Positions 14,901 to 28,000 are shown, counted from the stretch's first letter. The stretch is DNA of 64,000 nucleotides from Escherichia coli (GCF_003334355.1 NZ_QOWP01000003.1), one strand, 5' to 3'. Made by a program: numbers and translations. The notes: a model not told the origin generated them from the sequence alone.

Positions 14901-15243
14901 GATACCGGCCCCTGCCGATGCCAATAGCGAAGAAGTGACGGAAATCCTGCTCACCGCAGCGCGTCGCTGCTCGCTGGTGATCGACAACCCGGCACCGGAA
15001 GTCTTCCTGGTGGATCTGCAACAGGGGATTCAGATTTTCGAGCTGCGTATTTACGCCGCTGAGATGGGTCACCGTATGCCGCTACGCCATGAGATCCACC
15101 AGCTGATTCTGGCTGGCTTCCATGCCCACGGTATCGATATGCCATTCCCGCCCTTCCAGATGCGTCTGGAAAGCCTCAACGGTAAACAAACGGGGAGAAC
15201 GCTGACGTCTGCGGGCAAAGGTCGTCAGGCGGGAAGTTTGTAA
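11920..15243 (+). CDS. mscM: Miniconductance mechanosensitive channel MscM (YjeP), GTG start
   Basis: ORF track 1107 aa; signal peptide, long Gln/Leu-rich periplasmic coiled-coil, C-terminal MscS-type channel domain. Confidence 0.92.
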   Translation: MRLIITFLMAWCLSWGAYAATAPDSKQITQELEQAKAAKPAQPEVVEALQSALNALEERKGSLERIKQYQQVIDNYPKLSATLRAQLNNMRDEPRSVSPGMSTDALNQEILQVSSQLLDKSRQAQQEQERAREIADSLNQLPQQQTDARRQLNEIERRLGTLTGNTPLNQAQNFALQSDSARLKALVDELELAQLSANNRQELARLRSELAEKESQQLDAYLQALRNQLNSQRQLEAERALESTELLAENSADLPKDIVAQFKINRELSAALNQQAQRMDLVASQQRQAASQTLQVRQALNTLREQSQWLGSSNLLGEALRAQVARLPEMPKPQQLDTEMAQLRVQRLRYEDLLNKQPLLRQIHQADGQPLTAEQNRILEAQLRTQRELLNSLLQGGDTLLLELTKLKVSNGQLEDALKEVNEATHRYLFWTSDVRPMTIAWPLEIAQDLRRLISLDTFSQLGKASVMMLTSKETILPLFGALILVGCSIYSRRYFTRFLERSAAKVGKVTQDHFWLTLRTLFWSILVASPLPVLWMTLGYGLREAWPYPLAVAIGDGVTATVPLLWVVMICATFARPNGLFIAHFGWPRERVSRGMRYYLMSIGLIVPLIMALMMFDNLDDREFSGSLGRLCFILICGALAVVTLSLKKAGIPLYLNKEGSGDNITNHMLWNMMIGAPLVAILASAVGYLATAQALLARLETSVAIWFLLLVVYHVIRRWMLIQRRRLAFDRAKHRRAEMLAQRARGEEEAHHHSSPEGAIEVDESEVDLDAISAQSLRLVRSILMLIALLSVIVLWSEIHSAFGFLENISLWDVTSTVQGVESLEPITLGAVLIAILVFIITTQLVRNLPALLELAILQHLDLTPGTGYAITTITKYLLMLIGGLVGFSMIGIEWSKLQWLVAALGVGLGFGLQEIFANFISGLIILFEKPIRIGDTVTIRDLTGSVTKINTRATTISDWDRKEIIVPNKAFITEQFINWSLSDSVTRVVLTIPAPADANSEEVTEILLTAARRCSLVIDNPAPEVFLVDLQQGIQIFELRIYAAEMGHRMPLRHEIHQLILAGFHAHGIDMPFPPFQMRLESLNGKQTGRTLTSAGKGRQAGSL

Positions 15244-15244
15244 G

Positions 15245-15279
15245 TTTGTGTGCCGGATGAACCAATCCGGCTCACAAAC
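15245..15279. terminator. Long hairpin (15-bp stem, one mismatch) between convergent mscM and yjeO; likely bidirectional terminator
   Basis: GTTTGTGTGCCGGAT...ATCCGGCTCACAAAC inverted repeat seen directly; overlaps yjeO stop codon. Confidence 0.5.
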
Positions 15280-15586
15280 AAAACTGATAGCGCAGAAAAA
15301 ACTGCCACAGCCAGTAGCCGAAAATAGCCAGCGCGGTGGCGTACATAAACCAGCCGCGTTTTTTTCGCCACAAAGCGAACCAGAGAAAAGGGAAAAAGAG
15401 CGGTAACGTCATTATCACACCAACATCACGGGTATCGTCTTCTTCGAGATACATCAACACATCGCAGACGTTGTTAATCCCGCGTCCATCAATCATCCAC
15501 TCTTTGTCCAGCGCGGAAGTGATGGTTATCCAGAGGAACGCCACAATAAACCAGATGCAGCATAAGACAAACATGCGCGCACTCAT
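15272..15586 (-). CDS. yjeO: Inner membrane protein YjeO (unknown function)
   Basis: ORF track 104 aa, hydrophobic (MSARMFVLCCIWFIVAFLWITITSAL...); matches YjeO by size and position. Confidence 0.8.
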   Translation of the reverse strand: MSARMFVLCCIWFIVAFLWITITSALDKEWMIDGRGINNVCDVLMYLEEDDTRDVGVIMTLPLFFPFLWFALWRKKRGWFMYATALAIFGYWLWQFFLRYQFCL

Positions 15587-15897
15587 AAGGTAACCGGTCG
15601 CTTAATTTCGCTATAGCGCATACGAAACAAATCGCCGTATCCCACTAATTCCCCGCGAAAAACCAGACATCGGATAAGATAAGCGCAATAAATATCCGGC
15701 AGGTTTCCCCACCGTTTACCATCGCGATCTTTGAGGGTGTTAATGGTGCTACCCACCACCATCGCCACTTTACGGGTGTGGCAGGCATCGACAAAAGAGA
15801 GAATCGTCTGCTCTATTTCCGCTACATCCCCGGCAGAAAATTGCAGCGCCCTGATTTCATCTTCGGTTATTGCCGGGTCCCGGCTGGTGTCATCCAT
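15583..15897 (-). CDS. yjeN: Uncharacterised protein YjeN
   Basis: ORF track 104 aa MDDTSRDPAITEDEIRALQFSAGDVAEIEQ...; overlaps yjeO by 4 nt. Confidence 0.75.
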   Translation of the reverse strand: MDDTSRDPAITEDEIRALQFSAGDVAEIEQTILSFVDACHTRKVAMVVGSTINTLKDRDGKRWGNLPDIYCAYLIRCLVFRGELVGYGDLFRMRYSEIKRPVTL

Positions 15898-15948
15898 AAC
15901 ATTTCCTGTCTTTACGCCCTATCGTCAGGTAGACGATAGGGCATCGGG

Positions 15949-17451
15949 TTATTCCACCGCCCACTGCGGATTTTTTGCCACTCTGCTGCAATAGTTCTGG
16001 TAAATCGCCATCGCTAACAGCGAGAAGAAGACAGGGCCGCCAATCATCCACAATGTGCTGTCCCAGTCTCCGGCTTCAACCACAGGTTGAATGATGGTGA
16101 AGACGTTCGCAAATGTCACCACCAGTACGACAACCACTGTCGCAATCATTGCCGACAAATGCGTTTTGAAAATCACAAACGGTCTGTCGAGATCCTGACG
16201 TGCTTTAAAGAACGGGAAAGCCAGCGCGAGGAACAGGTAAGGAAGCGTCATAGACACGTTCGCCATCAGCGTCAGCTTGTTAAAGAACGCCGATGCGGTA
16301 CCGCCACCAAACGAAACCAGCAGGATGAAGACAGTAACCAACCCGCACTGCATCCACATGGCGATAGACGGCATCCCCATCGCATTCAGGCGCGTCATCG
16401 GTTCCGGCCACAATGCTTTCGGCGTCCCCTGGATGATGGCTTTCAACGGTGAATAGCAAAGCGTAAAGAACGCACCGGTATAGGCGAGGAACATCGAAAG
16501 TCCAGTAATACGCGCAAACCATACGCCCAGCGACAATGACGCTTCAGGTGACAAATGCAGTGCATTACCCAGCGTCATCCCAAGGCTCTTCATCAGCACA
16601 TAGGTAATATTGCCGAGGTTAACGGAACCATTACTTAATACCTGCTGCCAGTTTGTGCTGACGCCCCATAAAAATATTGCCAGCGAATAACCGATTGAAA
16701 TAACAATAGCGGCAAAAACAATACCTTTGGCAAAGTTCTTTTCTGGATTTTCCGTTTTATCGACCAGACCACCAACCGCTTCAATTCCGCCATAGGCAAA
16801 AATGGCAAATACCACAAACGATAGCATTGCCAGACCGGACTGATAACCCGGGTTCGGTGATGCAAGGAAATTAATATCCTGCGCGAAATGCCCACCATTT
16901 AATAACAAAATAGTAATGCTTACTAACAGCAATACTAAATTCAGACACATTACTGCAATACCGCCCACCGCAGTAATGCGGGCAATTTTATTAATCCCCT
17001 TAGAAGCAACGACGGTGACCAGAATCATCCATGCCACTGCCAGCAGACCAACCACCTGCGTAGGCTCCAGTCCGGCAATACGCCAGTGCTGGGTCATGTC
17101 GCTACCATAGAGGAATGTTGAGAACGGTACCCAAACTTTCGCGGAGGTACTCACCATCCAGATGATATAAGAGGAAAACCACATAAACGTACCAATGAAG
17201 GCAAAACGTGGTCCGACACTATTATTCATCCAGGAATAGATACCGCCTTCTTCTTTGCGATAAGCAGCTCCCATTTCAGCCATCATTAAGGCGAATGGAA
17301 TAAAGAATAACAATGCAGAAAATATATAAAAGGGAATCGCACTATAACCCATTAAGTAATAAGCCGATGGGCTATTGGCAAATCCAAATACGGAAGTAAA
17401 GATCATCAATATGAGTCCTATCAGACTCATCTTTTTTATCGTGTGAGGCAT
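15949..17451 (-). CDS. yjeM: APC-family amino-acid transporter YjeM, 500 aa
   Basis: ORF track 514 aa; start trimmed to MPHTIKKMSLIGLILMIFTSVFGF; multi-TM permease. Confidence 0.88.
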   Translation of the reverse strand: MPHTIKKMSLIGLILMIFTSVFGFANSPSAYYLMGYSAIPFYIFSALLFFIPFALMMAEMGAAYRKEEGGIYSWMNNSVGPRFAFIGTFMWFSSYIIWMVSTSAKVWVPFSTFLYGSDMTQHWRIAGLEPTQVVGLLAVAWMILVTVVASKGINKIARITAVGGIAVMCLNLVLLLVSITILLLNGGHFAQDINFLASPNPGYQSGLAMLSFVVFAIFAYGGIEAVGGLVDKTENPEKNFAKGIVFAAIVISIGYSLAIFLWGVSTNWQQVLSNGSVNLGNITYVLMKSLGMTLGNALHLSPEASLSLGVWFARITGLSMFLAYTGAFFTLCYSPLKAIIQGTPKALWPEPMTRLNAMGMPSIAMWMQCGLVTVFILLVSFGGGTASAFFNKLTLMANVSMTLPYLFLALAFPFFKARQDLDRPFVIFKTHLSAMIATVVVVLVVTFANVFTIIQPVVEAGDWDSTLWMIGGPVFFSLLAMAIYQNYCSRVAKNPQWAVE

Positions 17452-17669
17452 GAAACCATCCTTCATTTCAGCGCGTGTATAACACGTGCCCACTGAACTG
17501 CACTGCGCAACATTGAGCAGGCAGCGTAAAAACCAATACAGAATTGATACCTGGATGATATCAAATATCCAGTCTTAAATTGTGGCCTTTAACGGAAAAA
17601 TGAAAACATATGCTACAGAATGGCGCTTATCACGCCATTCTTCGCTGTTAATTCAGTAATTTTTCAGAA

Positions 17670-18647
17670 TTATGCCCGGTCAACGCTAAAGGCGATGACT
17701 TCAGCCAGTGTCTCCGCGCCCAGCGCCAACATCACCAGACGATCAACACCTAATGCCACGCCGGAACAGTCAGGCATACCGACTTTCAAGGCTTCAATCA
17801 GATTCTGGTCAATGGGGTGCTGCGGCAAACCGCGCGCCGCGCGCTTACGGTTATCTTGTTCAAAGCGTTGTTGCTGCTCACGGGCATCCGTCAATTCATG
17901 GAAACCATTCGCCAGCTCAATACCTTTATAATAAACCTCAAAGCGTTCAGCGACCCGATGATCTTCGGTACTGATTTGCGCCAGTGATGCCTGGCTGGCT
18001 GGAAAGTGGTACACAAAGGTCGGTTTTTCTTTGCCAATATTTGGCTCTACGCCAAAGGTAAACAGCAATTGTAGCAGCGTGTCGCGGTCTTCTTCGGTAT
18101 CAGCAACATTGCTCAAATCCAGTTTCGCTGCGACTTCCCGCAGTTGCGTTTTGTCGGCAGAGAGCGGGTCAATTTCCAGATAACGCAAGAAAGCTTGTTG
18201 ATAAGAAAGGCTTTCTGCTGCCGGGCAGTCCAGCACCTGTTGTAAGAGATCGTCCACCTCGTTCATCAACCGGTACATATCATAGTGCGGTCGATACCAC
18301 TCCAGCATAGTGAACTCAGGGTTGTGATAACGCCCCATCTCTTCATTACGGAAGCTGCGGCACAGCTGGAATACCGGCCCACAACCGGCAACCAGCAGGC
18401 GTTTCATATGGTATTCCGGGCTGGTCATTAACCAGAGATTCATCCCCTGCGAATGCCCGGGGCCAACGAAACGTGTCTCAAACGGGACCAAATGAATATC
18501 GGTTACCGTCGCCTGGCTCATACAAGGCGTCTCCACCTCCAGCACTCCACGATCGGCAAAGAAACGACGGATCTCCGCCATAATCGCCGCGCGTTTTAAT
18601 AAGTTAGGAATGGATGCGCTCGGCTGCCAGGATGCCGTTTCGCTCAT
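17670..18647 (-). CDS. epmA: EF-P lysine34 beta-lysyl ligase EpmA (PoxA/GenX), 325 aa
   Basis: ORF track 340 aa; start trimmed to [30 protein letters not shown]; class II aaRS catalytic core motifs. Confidence 0.92.
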   Translation of the reverse strand: MSETASWQPSASIPNLLKRAAIMAEIRRFFADRGVLEVETPCMSQATVTDIHLVPFETRFVGPGHSQGMNLWLMTSPEYHMKRLLVAGCGPVFQLCRSFRNEEMGRYHNPEFTMLEWYRPHYDMYRLMNEVDDLLQQVLDCPAAESLSYQQAFLRYLEIDPLSADKTQLREVAAKLDLSNVADTEEDRDTLLQLLFTFGVEPNIGKEKPTFVYHFPASQASLAQISTEDHRVAERFEVYYKGIELANGFHELTDAREQQQRFEQDNRKRAARGLPQHPIDQNLIEALKVGMPDCSGVALGVDRLVMLALGAETLAEVIAFSVDRA

Positions 18648-18819
18648 AGTTAAATCTCCAGTTTTTGACAAGGGCACGAAGTCTACTCGCAACGCGACGG
18701 CGAGACAAATTTTACGCAGGAATCAAACAGCGGTGGGCAGTGACTAAAAAAAGCACGATCTGATGGTTTAGTAATTAAATTAATCATCTTCAGTGATAAT
18801 TTAGCCCTCTTGCGCACTA

Positions 18820-18870
18820 AAAAAATCGATCTCGTCAAATTTCAGACTTATCCATCAGACTATACTGTTG
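18820..18870 (+). promoter_or_regulatory. frdABCD promoter with FNR site (TCGATCTCGTCAAA, 18826-18839) and -10 TATACT (18861-18866)
   Basis: FNR half-site match and spacing of about 29 bp to the -10 are seen directly; FNR activation of frd is established knowledge. Confidence 0.6.
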
Positions 18871-18971
18871 TACCTATAAAGGAGCAGTGGAATAGCGTTC
18901 GCAGACCGTAACTTTCAGGCACTTACCCTGAAGTACGGGGCTGTGGGATAAAAACAATCTGGAGGAATGTC

Positions 18972-20772
18972 GTGCAAACCTTTCAAGCCGATCTTGCCAT
19001 TGTAGGCGCCGGTGGCGCGGGATTACGTGCTGCAATTGCTGCCGCGCAGGCAAATCCAAATGCAAAAATCGCACTAATCTCAAAAGTATACCCGATGCGT
19101 AGCCATACCGTTGCTGCAGAAGGGGGCTCCGCCGCTGTCGCGCAGGATCATGACAGCTTCGAATATCACTTTCACGATACAGTAGCGGGTGGCGACTGGT
19201 TGTGTGAGCAGGATGTCGTGGATTATTTCGTCCACCACTGCCCAACCGAAATGACCCAACTGGAACTGTGGGGGTGCCCATGGAGCCGTCGCCCGGATGG
19301 TAGCGTCAACGTACGTCGCTTCGGCGGCATGAAAATCGAGCGTACCTGGTTCGCCGCCGATAAGACCGGCTTCCATATGCTGCACACGCTGTTCCAGACC
19401 TCTCTGCAATTCCCGCAGATCCAGCGTTTTGACGAACATTTCGTGCTGGATATTCTGGTTGATGATGGTCATGTTCGCGGCCTGGTAGCAATGAACATGA
19501 TGGAAGGCACGCTGGTGCAGATCCGTGCTAACGCGGTCGTTATGGCTACCGGCGGTGCGGGTCGCGTTTATCGTTACAACACCAACGGCGGCATCGTTAC
19601 CGGTGACGGTATGGGTATGGCGCTAAGCCACGGCGTTCCGCTGCGTGACATGGAATTCGTTCAGTATCACCCAACCGGTCTGCCAGGTTCCGGTATCCTG
19701 ATGACCGAAGGCTGCCGTGGTGAAGGCGGTATTCTGGTCAACAAAAATGGCTACCGTTATCTGCAAGATTACGGCATGGGCCCGGAAACTCCGCTGGGCG
19801 AGCCGAAAAACAAATATATGGAACTGGGTCCACGCGACAAAGTTTCTCAGGCCTTCTGGCACGAATGGCGTAAAGGCAACACCATCTCCACGCCGCGTGG
19901 TGATGTGGTTTATCTCGACCTGCGTCACCTCGGCGAGAAAAAACTGCATGAACGTCTGCCGTTCATCTGCGAACTGGCGAAAGCGTACGTTGGCGTCGAT
20001 CCGGTTAAAGAACCGATTCCGGTACGTCCGACCGCACACTACACCATGGGCGGTATCGAAACCGATCAGAACTGTGAAACCCGCATTAAAGGTCTGTTCG
20101 CCGTGGGTGAATGTTCCTCTGTTGGTCTGCACGGTGCAAACCGTCTGGGCTCCAACTCCCTGGCGGAACTGGTGGTCTTCGGCCGTCTGGCCGGTGAACA
20201 AGCGACAGAGCGTGCAGCAACTGCCGGTAATGGCAACGAAGCGGCAATTGAAGCGCAGGCAGCTGGCGTTGAACAACGTCTGAAAGATCTGGTTAACCAG
20301 GATGGCGGCGAAAACTGGGCGAAGATCCGCGACGAAATGGGCCTGGCAATGGAAGAAGGTTGCGGTATCTACCGTACGCCGGAACTGATGCAGAAAACCA
20401 TCGACAAGCTGGCAGAGCTGCAGGAACGCTTCAAGCGCGTGCGCATCACCGACACTTCCAGCGTGTTCAACACCGACCTGCTCTACACCATTGAACTGGG
20501 CCACGGTCTGAACGTTGCTGAATGTATGGCGCACTCCGCAATGGCACGTAAAGAGTCCCGCGGCGCACACCAGCGTCTGGACGAAGGTTGCACCGAGCGT
20601 GACGACGTCAACTTCCTCAAACACACCCTCGCCTTCCGCGATGCTGATGGCACGACTCGCCTGGAGTACAGCGACGTGAAGATTACTACGCTGCCGCCAG
20701 CTAAACGCGTTTACGGTGGCGAAGCGGATGCAGCCGATAAGGCGGAAGCAGCCAATAAGAAGGAGAAGGCGA

Positions 20773-20780
<8 letters not shown>
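18972..20780 (+). CDS. frdA: Fumarate reductase flavoprotein subunit FrdA, GTG start
   Basis: ORF track 602 aa [26 protein letters not shown]... (FAD-binding GxGxxG). Confidence 0.97.
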
Positions 20781-21913
<1,133 letters not shown>

Positions 21914-21923
21914 GGAGCCTGAG

Positions 21924-23479
<1,556 letters not shown>

Positions 23480-23567
23480 AATTTCATCGGGTCCGAATTT
23501 TCGGACCTTTTCTGCGCTTTTCCTTGCTGTCATCTACACTTAGAAAAAAACCAGTAAGGAAACATTT

Positions 23568-24101
23568 ATGCGCCTGCTCCCTCTCGTTGCCGCAGCGACA
23601 GCTGCATTTCTGGTCGTTGCCTGCAGTTCTCCTACGCCGCCGCGTGGCGTGACAGTAGTGAATAATTTCGACGCTAAACGCTATCTCGGTACCTGGTATG
23701 AGATTGCCCGTTTTGATCACCGTTTTGAACGTGGACTGGAAAAAGTCACCGCAACATACAGTCTGCGTGATGACGGCGGCCTGAATGTCATCAATAAAGG
23801 CTATAACCCTGACAGAGAAATGTGGCAGCAGAGTGAAGGGAAAGCGTACTTTACCGGCGCACCAACACGCGCTGCGCTGAAAGTGTCATTCTTTGGTCCT
23901 TTCTATGGCGGTTATAACGTCATTGCACTTGATCGGGAATACCGCCATGCGCTGGTTTGCGGCCCGGACCGCGACTACCTGTGGATACTCTCCCGCACGC
24001 CAACCATTTCTGACGAAGTGAAACAGGAGATGCTGGCAGTCGCGACCCGGGAAGGGTTTGATGTCAGTAAGTTTATTTGGGTACAGCAGCCCGGTAGTTA
24101 G
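23568..24101 (+). CDS. blc: Outer-membrane lipocalin Blc
   Basis: ORF track 177 aa [21 protein letters not shown] (lipoprotein signal) ...[10 protein letters not shown] lipocalin motif. Confidence 0.93.
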   Translation: MRLLPLVAAATAAFLVVACSSPTPPRGVTVVNNFDAKRYLGTWYEIARFDHRFERGLEKVTATYSLRDDGGLNVINKGYNPDREMWQQSEGKAYFTGAPTRAALKVSFFGPFYGGYNVIALDREYRHALVCGPDRDYLWILSRTPTISDEVKQEMLAVATREGFDVSKFIWVQQPGS

Positions 24102-24415
24102 TGAGTGCTGAGTTTCAGACCAATAATCCCCAATACGATTAACGCCAGACTCGCCAGGCGCATCGGGTTAGCGGACTCACCGAGCAGTACAATGCCGGTG
24201 ATAGCCGCGCCGACTGCGCCAATACCCGTCCACACGGCATAAGCCGTCCCTACTGGTAACGATTTCATCGCCCAGGCAAGTAGCGCCATACTGACAATCA
24301 TCGCCGTCACGGTAATAACACTCGGCGTCAAACGACTAAAGCCGTGGGTATATTTCAGGCCAACGGCCCATACCACTTCCAGCAGACCAGCAATAACTAA
24401 GATAATCCAGGACAT
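24098..24415 (-). CDS. gdx: SMR-family guanidinium exporter Gdx (SugE), 105 aa
   Basis: ORF track 24098-24565 trimmed to [26 protein letters not shown]; four-TM SMR protein. Confidence 0.93.
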   Translation of the reverse strand: MSWIILVIAGLLEVVWAVGLKYTHGFSRLTPSVITVTAMIVSMALLAWAMKSLPVGTAYAVWTGIGAVGAAITGIVLLGESANPMRLASLALIVLGIIGLKLSTH

Positions 24416-24431
24416 ATCAGGCTCCGGAGAA

Positions 24432-24479
24432 TTGGGGCCGTCCCCGGTGAAAAGACGCGTTTGCAGGTCGTCCTGCAAA
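24432..24479 (-). ncRNA. Guanidine-II riboswitch (mini-ykkC) in the gdx/sugE leader
   Basis: Minus-strand transcript has two GC-rich hairpins with ACGR tetraloops: UUUGCAGG-ACGA-CCUGCAAA (24460-24479) and GGGG-ACGG-CCCC (24434-24445), the second immediately upstream of the GGAG Shine-Dalgarno. Confidence 0.7.
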
Positions 24480-24596
24480 GCTGATGGTTGAACGGATATT
24501 TTGCCAGGTGGCAGGGGAATTTCAACTATTACCTTAGTGACTATCGCAGAAAAAACAAACGGCACGACACAGCTGTCGTACCGTTATTGCTTATTG

Positions 24597-24743
24597 CTAT
24601 TGCTGCGCTTTCGTTGCTGCGCCAGAAATCGCGTTACCGCCATCAGAAATGTCTTCACCAACGCCACGCGTGGTGTTGCAGGCAGTTAATACTGTTGAAA
24701 GCACCAGAACAGAAAAGATCGCTGCAATTGTCTTCTTCACCAT
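24597..24743 (-). CDS. ecnB: Entericidin B lipoprotein, 48 aa (not in ORF track)
   Basis: Own translation of reverse complement: [48 protein letters not shown]; lipobox LTAC. Confidence 0.85.
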
Positions 24744-24853
24744 AACGTCTTCCTTTTAGGTAATGTTATTTATGTTTGCCTATAGCAAATTAATAATAGA
24801 CAACATCGCCAAAAATGACGGAAATCTGATGATTTTTCGGAAGAGAAGAAAAA

Positions 24854-24979
24854 TTAGCTGGCAGCGCGAGAGATGGAGTTGCCGAGATGTTTGATGTCTT
24901 CGCCGAAACCGCGAGCGGTGTTACAGCCCGTGAGCAGCGTGCTGGCAAGCAAAACAAGAACGATAAGGCGTTTCATCAT
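24854..24979 (-). CDS. ecnA: Entericidin A lipoprotein, 41 aa (not in ORF track)
   Basis: Own translation of reverse complement: [41 protein letters not shown]; lipobox LTGC. Confidence 0.85.
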   Translation of the reverse strand: MMKRLIVLVLLASTLLTGCNTARGFGEDIKHLGNSISRAAS

Positions 24980-25030
24980 CTCTGACCTGAATAAGTGATG
25001 GTGCAGCCTGCAGGCCGCACCACAACCGCA

Positions 25031-25597
25031 TTACTTCACGCGAGAGACGTATTCACCAGAGCGGGTATCCACTTTGATGACTTCGCCGATTTGTACGAAC
25101 AGCGGAACCTTAACCACAGCGCCAGTAGACAGGGTAGCCGGTTTGCCGCCAGTACCTGCGGTATCACCTTTCAGGCCCGGATCGGTATCAACGATTTCCA
25201 GTTCAACGAAGTTCGGCGGAGTAACGGAGATCGGCTGACCATTCCACAGAGTTACGATACACTCTGCCTGATCCAGCAGCCATTTAGCGTTATCGCCAAT
25301 TGCTTTTGCATCAGCAGACAGCTGCTCGAAAGTTTCGTTGTTCATGAAGTGCCAGAACTCACCGTCGTTGTACAGGTAAGTCAGGTTCATATCGACAACA
25401 TCAGCGCCTTCAGCGGAATCAGTAGATTTGAAGGTTTTTTCTACGCGAGTACCGGTCAGCAGACGACGCAGTTTAACGCGAGCAAATGCCTGGCCTTTAC
25501 CCGGTTTTACGAATTCACTCGCTTCAACCGCGTAAGGTTCGCCGTCTAACATGATTTTAAGACCAGCACGAAAATCGTTGCTATAGTACGTTGCCAT
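25031..25597 (-). CDS. efp: Translation elongation factor P
   Basis: ORF track 188 aa [46 protein letters not shown] (Lys34 in KPGKG loop). Confidence 0.97.
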
Positions 25598-25638
25598 AAG
25601 GCCCTCTGAAATTTGTTAATTGGTAGCTAAGCCACAAA

Positions 25639-26667
25639 ATGGCGCATATTGTAACCCTAAATACCCCATCCAGAGAAGATTGGTTAACGCAACTTGCCGA
25701 TGTTGTGACCGATCCTGATGAACTTCTGCGTCTTTTGAATATAGACGCGGACGAAAAACTGTTGGCCGGACGCAGCGCCAAAAAGCTGTTTGCCCTGCGT
25801 GTGCCCCGCTCATTTATCGATCGCATGGAGAAAGGCAATCCGGACGATCCTCTTTTGCGTCAGGTACTTACCTCGCAAGATGAGTTTGTCGTCGCGTCCG
25901 GATTCTCCACCGACCCACTGGAAGAACAGCACAGCGTAGTGCCTGGTTTGTTGCATAAATACCACAACCGGGCGCTTTTGCTGGTCAAAGGCGGCTGCGC
26001 GGTAAATTGCCGCTATTGCTTCCGTCGCCACTTCCCCTATGCCGAAAATCAGGGCAACAAGCGTAACTGGCAGACTGCACTTGAGTATGTTGCTGCGCAT
26101 CCGGAACTGGACGAGATGATTTTCTCTGGCGGCGATCCGCTGATGGCGAAAGATCACGAGCTGGACTGGTTGCTCACACAACTGGAAGCCATCCCGCATA
26201 TCAAACGTCTGCGGATTCACAGCCGTCTGCCGATTGTGATCCCGGCACGCATCACAGATGCGCTGGTTGAACGCTTTTCACATTCTACGCTGCAAATCTT
26301 GCTGGTGAATCACATCAACCATGCCAATGAGATAGATGAAACATTCCGTCAGGCGATGGCTAAGTTGCGCCGGGTAGGCGTTACTTTGCTGAACCAGAGC
26401 GTTCTGTTACGTGATGTGAACGATAACGCACAAACGCTGGCAAACCTGAGTAATGCGTTGTTCGATGCCGGCGTGATGCCGTATTACCTGCATGTGCTCG
26501 ATAAAGTACAGGGCGCGGCGCATTTTATGGTGAGTGATGACGAAGCACGGCAGATTATGCGTGAGTTGCTGACATTGGTGTCGGGATATCTGGTGCCGAA
26601 ACTGGCGCGAGAAATTGGCGGCGAACCCAGCAAAACGCCGCTGGATCTCCAGCTACGCCAGCAGTAA
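25639..26667 (+). CDS. epmB: EF-P lysine 2,3-aminomutase EpmB (YjeK)
   Basis: ORF track 342 aa; radical-SAM CxxxCxxC motif (CAVNCRYCFRRH); divergent from efp with only 41 bp between them. Confidence 0.95.
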   Translation: MAHIVTLNTPSREDWLTQLADVVTDPDELLRLLNIDADEKLLAGRSAKKLFALRVPRSFIDRMEKGNPDDPLLRQVLTSQDEFVVASGFSTDPLEEQHSVVPGLLHKYHNRALLLVKGGCAVNCRYCFRRHFPYAENQGNKRNWQTALEYVAAHPELDEMIFSGGDPLMAKDHELDWLLTQLEAIPHIKRLRIHSRLPIVIPARITDALVERFSHSTLQILLVNHINHANEIDETFRQAMAKLRRVGVTLLNQSVLLRDVNDNAQTLANLSNALFDAGVMPYYLHVLDKVQGAAHFMVSDDEARQIMRELLTLVSGYLVPKLAREIGGEPSKTPLDLQLRQQ

Positions 26668-26698
26668 CTGATTAAACAGGGAAGTTAAACATTAAAAT

Positions 26699-26800
<102 letters not shown>

Positions 26801-27061
26801 GAGCAACAAACGCAAGTACCGCAACCTGTCATTAAACTGAGAAATTTAATCTTTGCCCGTTGCATAACCTTTAATTATTCATATGCATTGCTGTTGTTAC
26901 TTTTTATATAGCTAACACCAATAATTAACCTTTCTTTTCTGTTTATATAGAGTGAGCACGGCTATTTATGTTATTTTAACAACTATTACTACCAAGCCCA
27001 TTTATCTGGCTTATAAATTAAAATTAATTATTTAATTGAGAAATGGTTAGGGAGAACCTAC

Positions 27062-27931
27062 ATGGCCATAAGCATCAAGGGTGTTAATACCGGTGTTATT
27101 CGCAAGAGTAATAATTTCATTGCACTGGCGCTGAAAATTAAAGAACCTCGCAATAAAGAATCGTTGTTCTTTATGTCTGTCATGGAACTGCGCGACCTGC
27201 TGATTGCGCTGGAAAGTCGTCTGCATCAAAAGCATAAACTGGATGCTGCTGCACGCCTTCAGTATGAGCAAGCTCGCGATAAAGTCATTAAGAAAATGGC
27301 AGAAAACATCCCAGAAATTCTGGTTGATGAGCTTAAAAATGCCGATATTAATCGTCGGGTTAACACGCTGGAACTTACCGATAATCAAGGCGAAAATCTT
27401 ACCTTCGTATTAACGCTACATGACGGTAGCAAATGTGAGTTAGTCGTCAATGAGTTGCAGATTGAAATGCTGGCGCGAGCAATCATTCATGCAATTAATA
27501 ATGCGGAAATGCGTGAACTGGCATTACGTATTACCTCACTGTTAGATTTCCTGCCGTTATATGACGTTGACTGCCAAGAAAATGGCAATCTGGAATATGA
27601 CACCTATTCCCAACCGGAATGGAAACATAACCTGTTCGACCATTATCTGGCGGTGCTTTACCGCTTTAAAGATGAAAGTGGCAAAGAACAATTTAGCGGC
27701 GCAGTGGTGAAAACGCGTGAAGCAACGCCGGGTAAAGAAATAGAGGCGATCACTCGCCGAATGCTTGATTTCAGCCCACGACTGAAAAAACTCGCGGGTG
27801 TGCCATGTCAGGTCTATGTTCGCACCGTAGCGGCGAATAACGCCCAACCGCTAACCCAGGATCAATGCTTACGCGCGCTGCATCACTTACGTGTTCAATC
27901 CACCAGCAAAACTGCACCACAGGCGAAATAA
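27062..27931 (+). CDS. yjeJ: Uncharacterised protein YjeJ, 289 aa
   Basis: ORF track MAISIKGVNTGVIRKSNNFIALALKIKEPRNKESLFF...; no recognisable motif; matches the K-12 y-gene by size and position. Confidence 0.8.
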   Translation: MAISIKGVNTGVIRKSNNFIALALKIKEPRNKESLFFMSVMELRDLLIALESRLHQKHKLDAAARLQYEQARDKVIKKMAENIPEILVDELKNADINRRVNTLELTDNQGENLTFVLTLHDGSKCELVVNELQIEMLARAIIHAINNAEMRELALRITSLLDFLPLYDVDCQENGNLEYDTYSQPEWKHNLFDHYLAVLYRFKDESGKEQFSGAVVKTREATPGKEIEAITRRMLDFSPRLKKLAGVPCQVYVRTVAANNAQPLTQDQCLRALHHLRVQSTSKTAPQAK

Positions 27932-28000
27932 TCTCATCTTTGCTAATGCGAGGCTGGAGCCATCCAGCCTGAAATGACTGATAACGTGATCGTTGGTCAT

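Noticed and set aside
19623-20624. 333-aa minus-strand ORF antisense to frdA (and a 188-aa plus-strand alternate-frame ORF, 19717-20283)
   Set aside because: Embedded in frdA; the products are low-complexity and unrecognisable. Treated as spurious.
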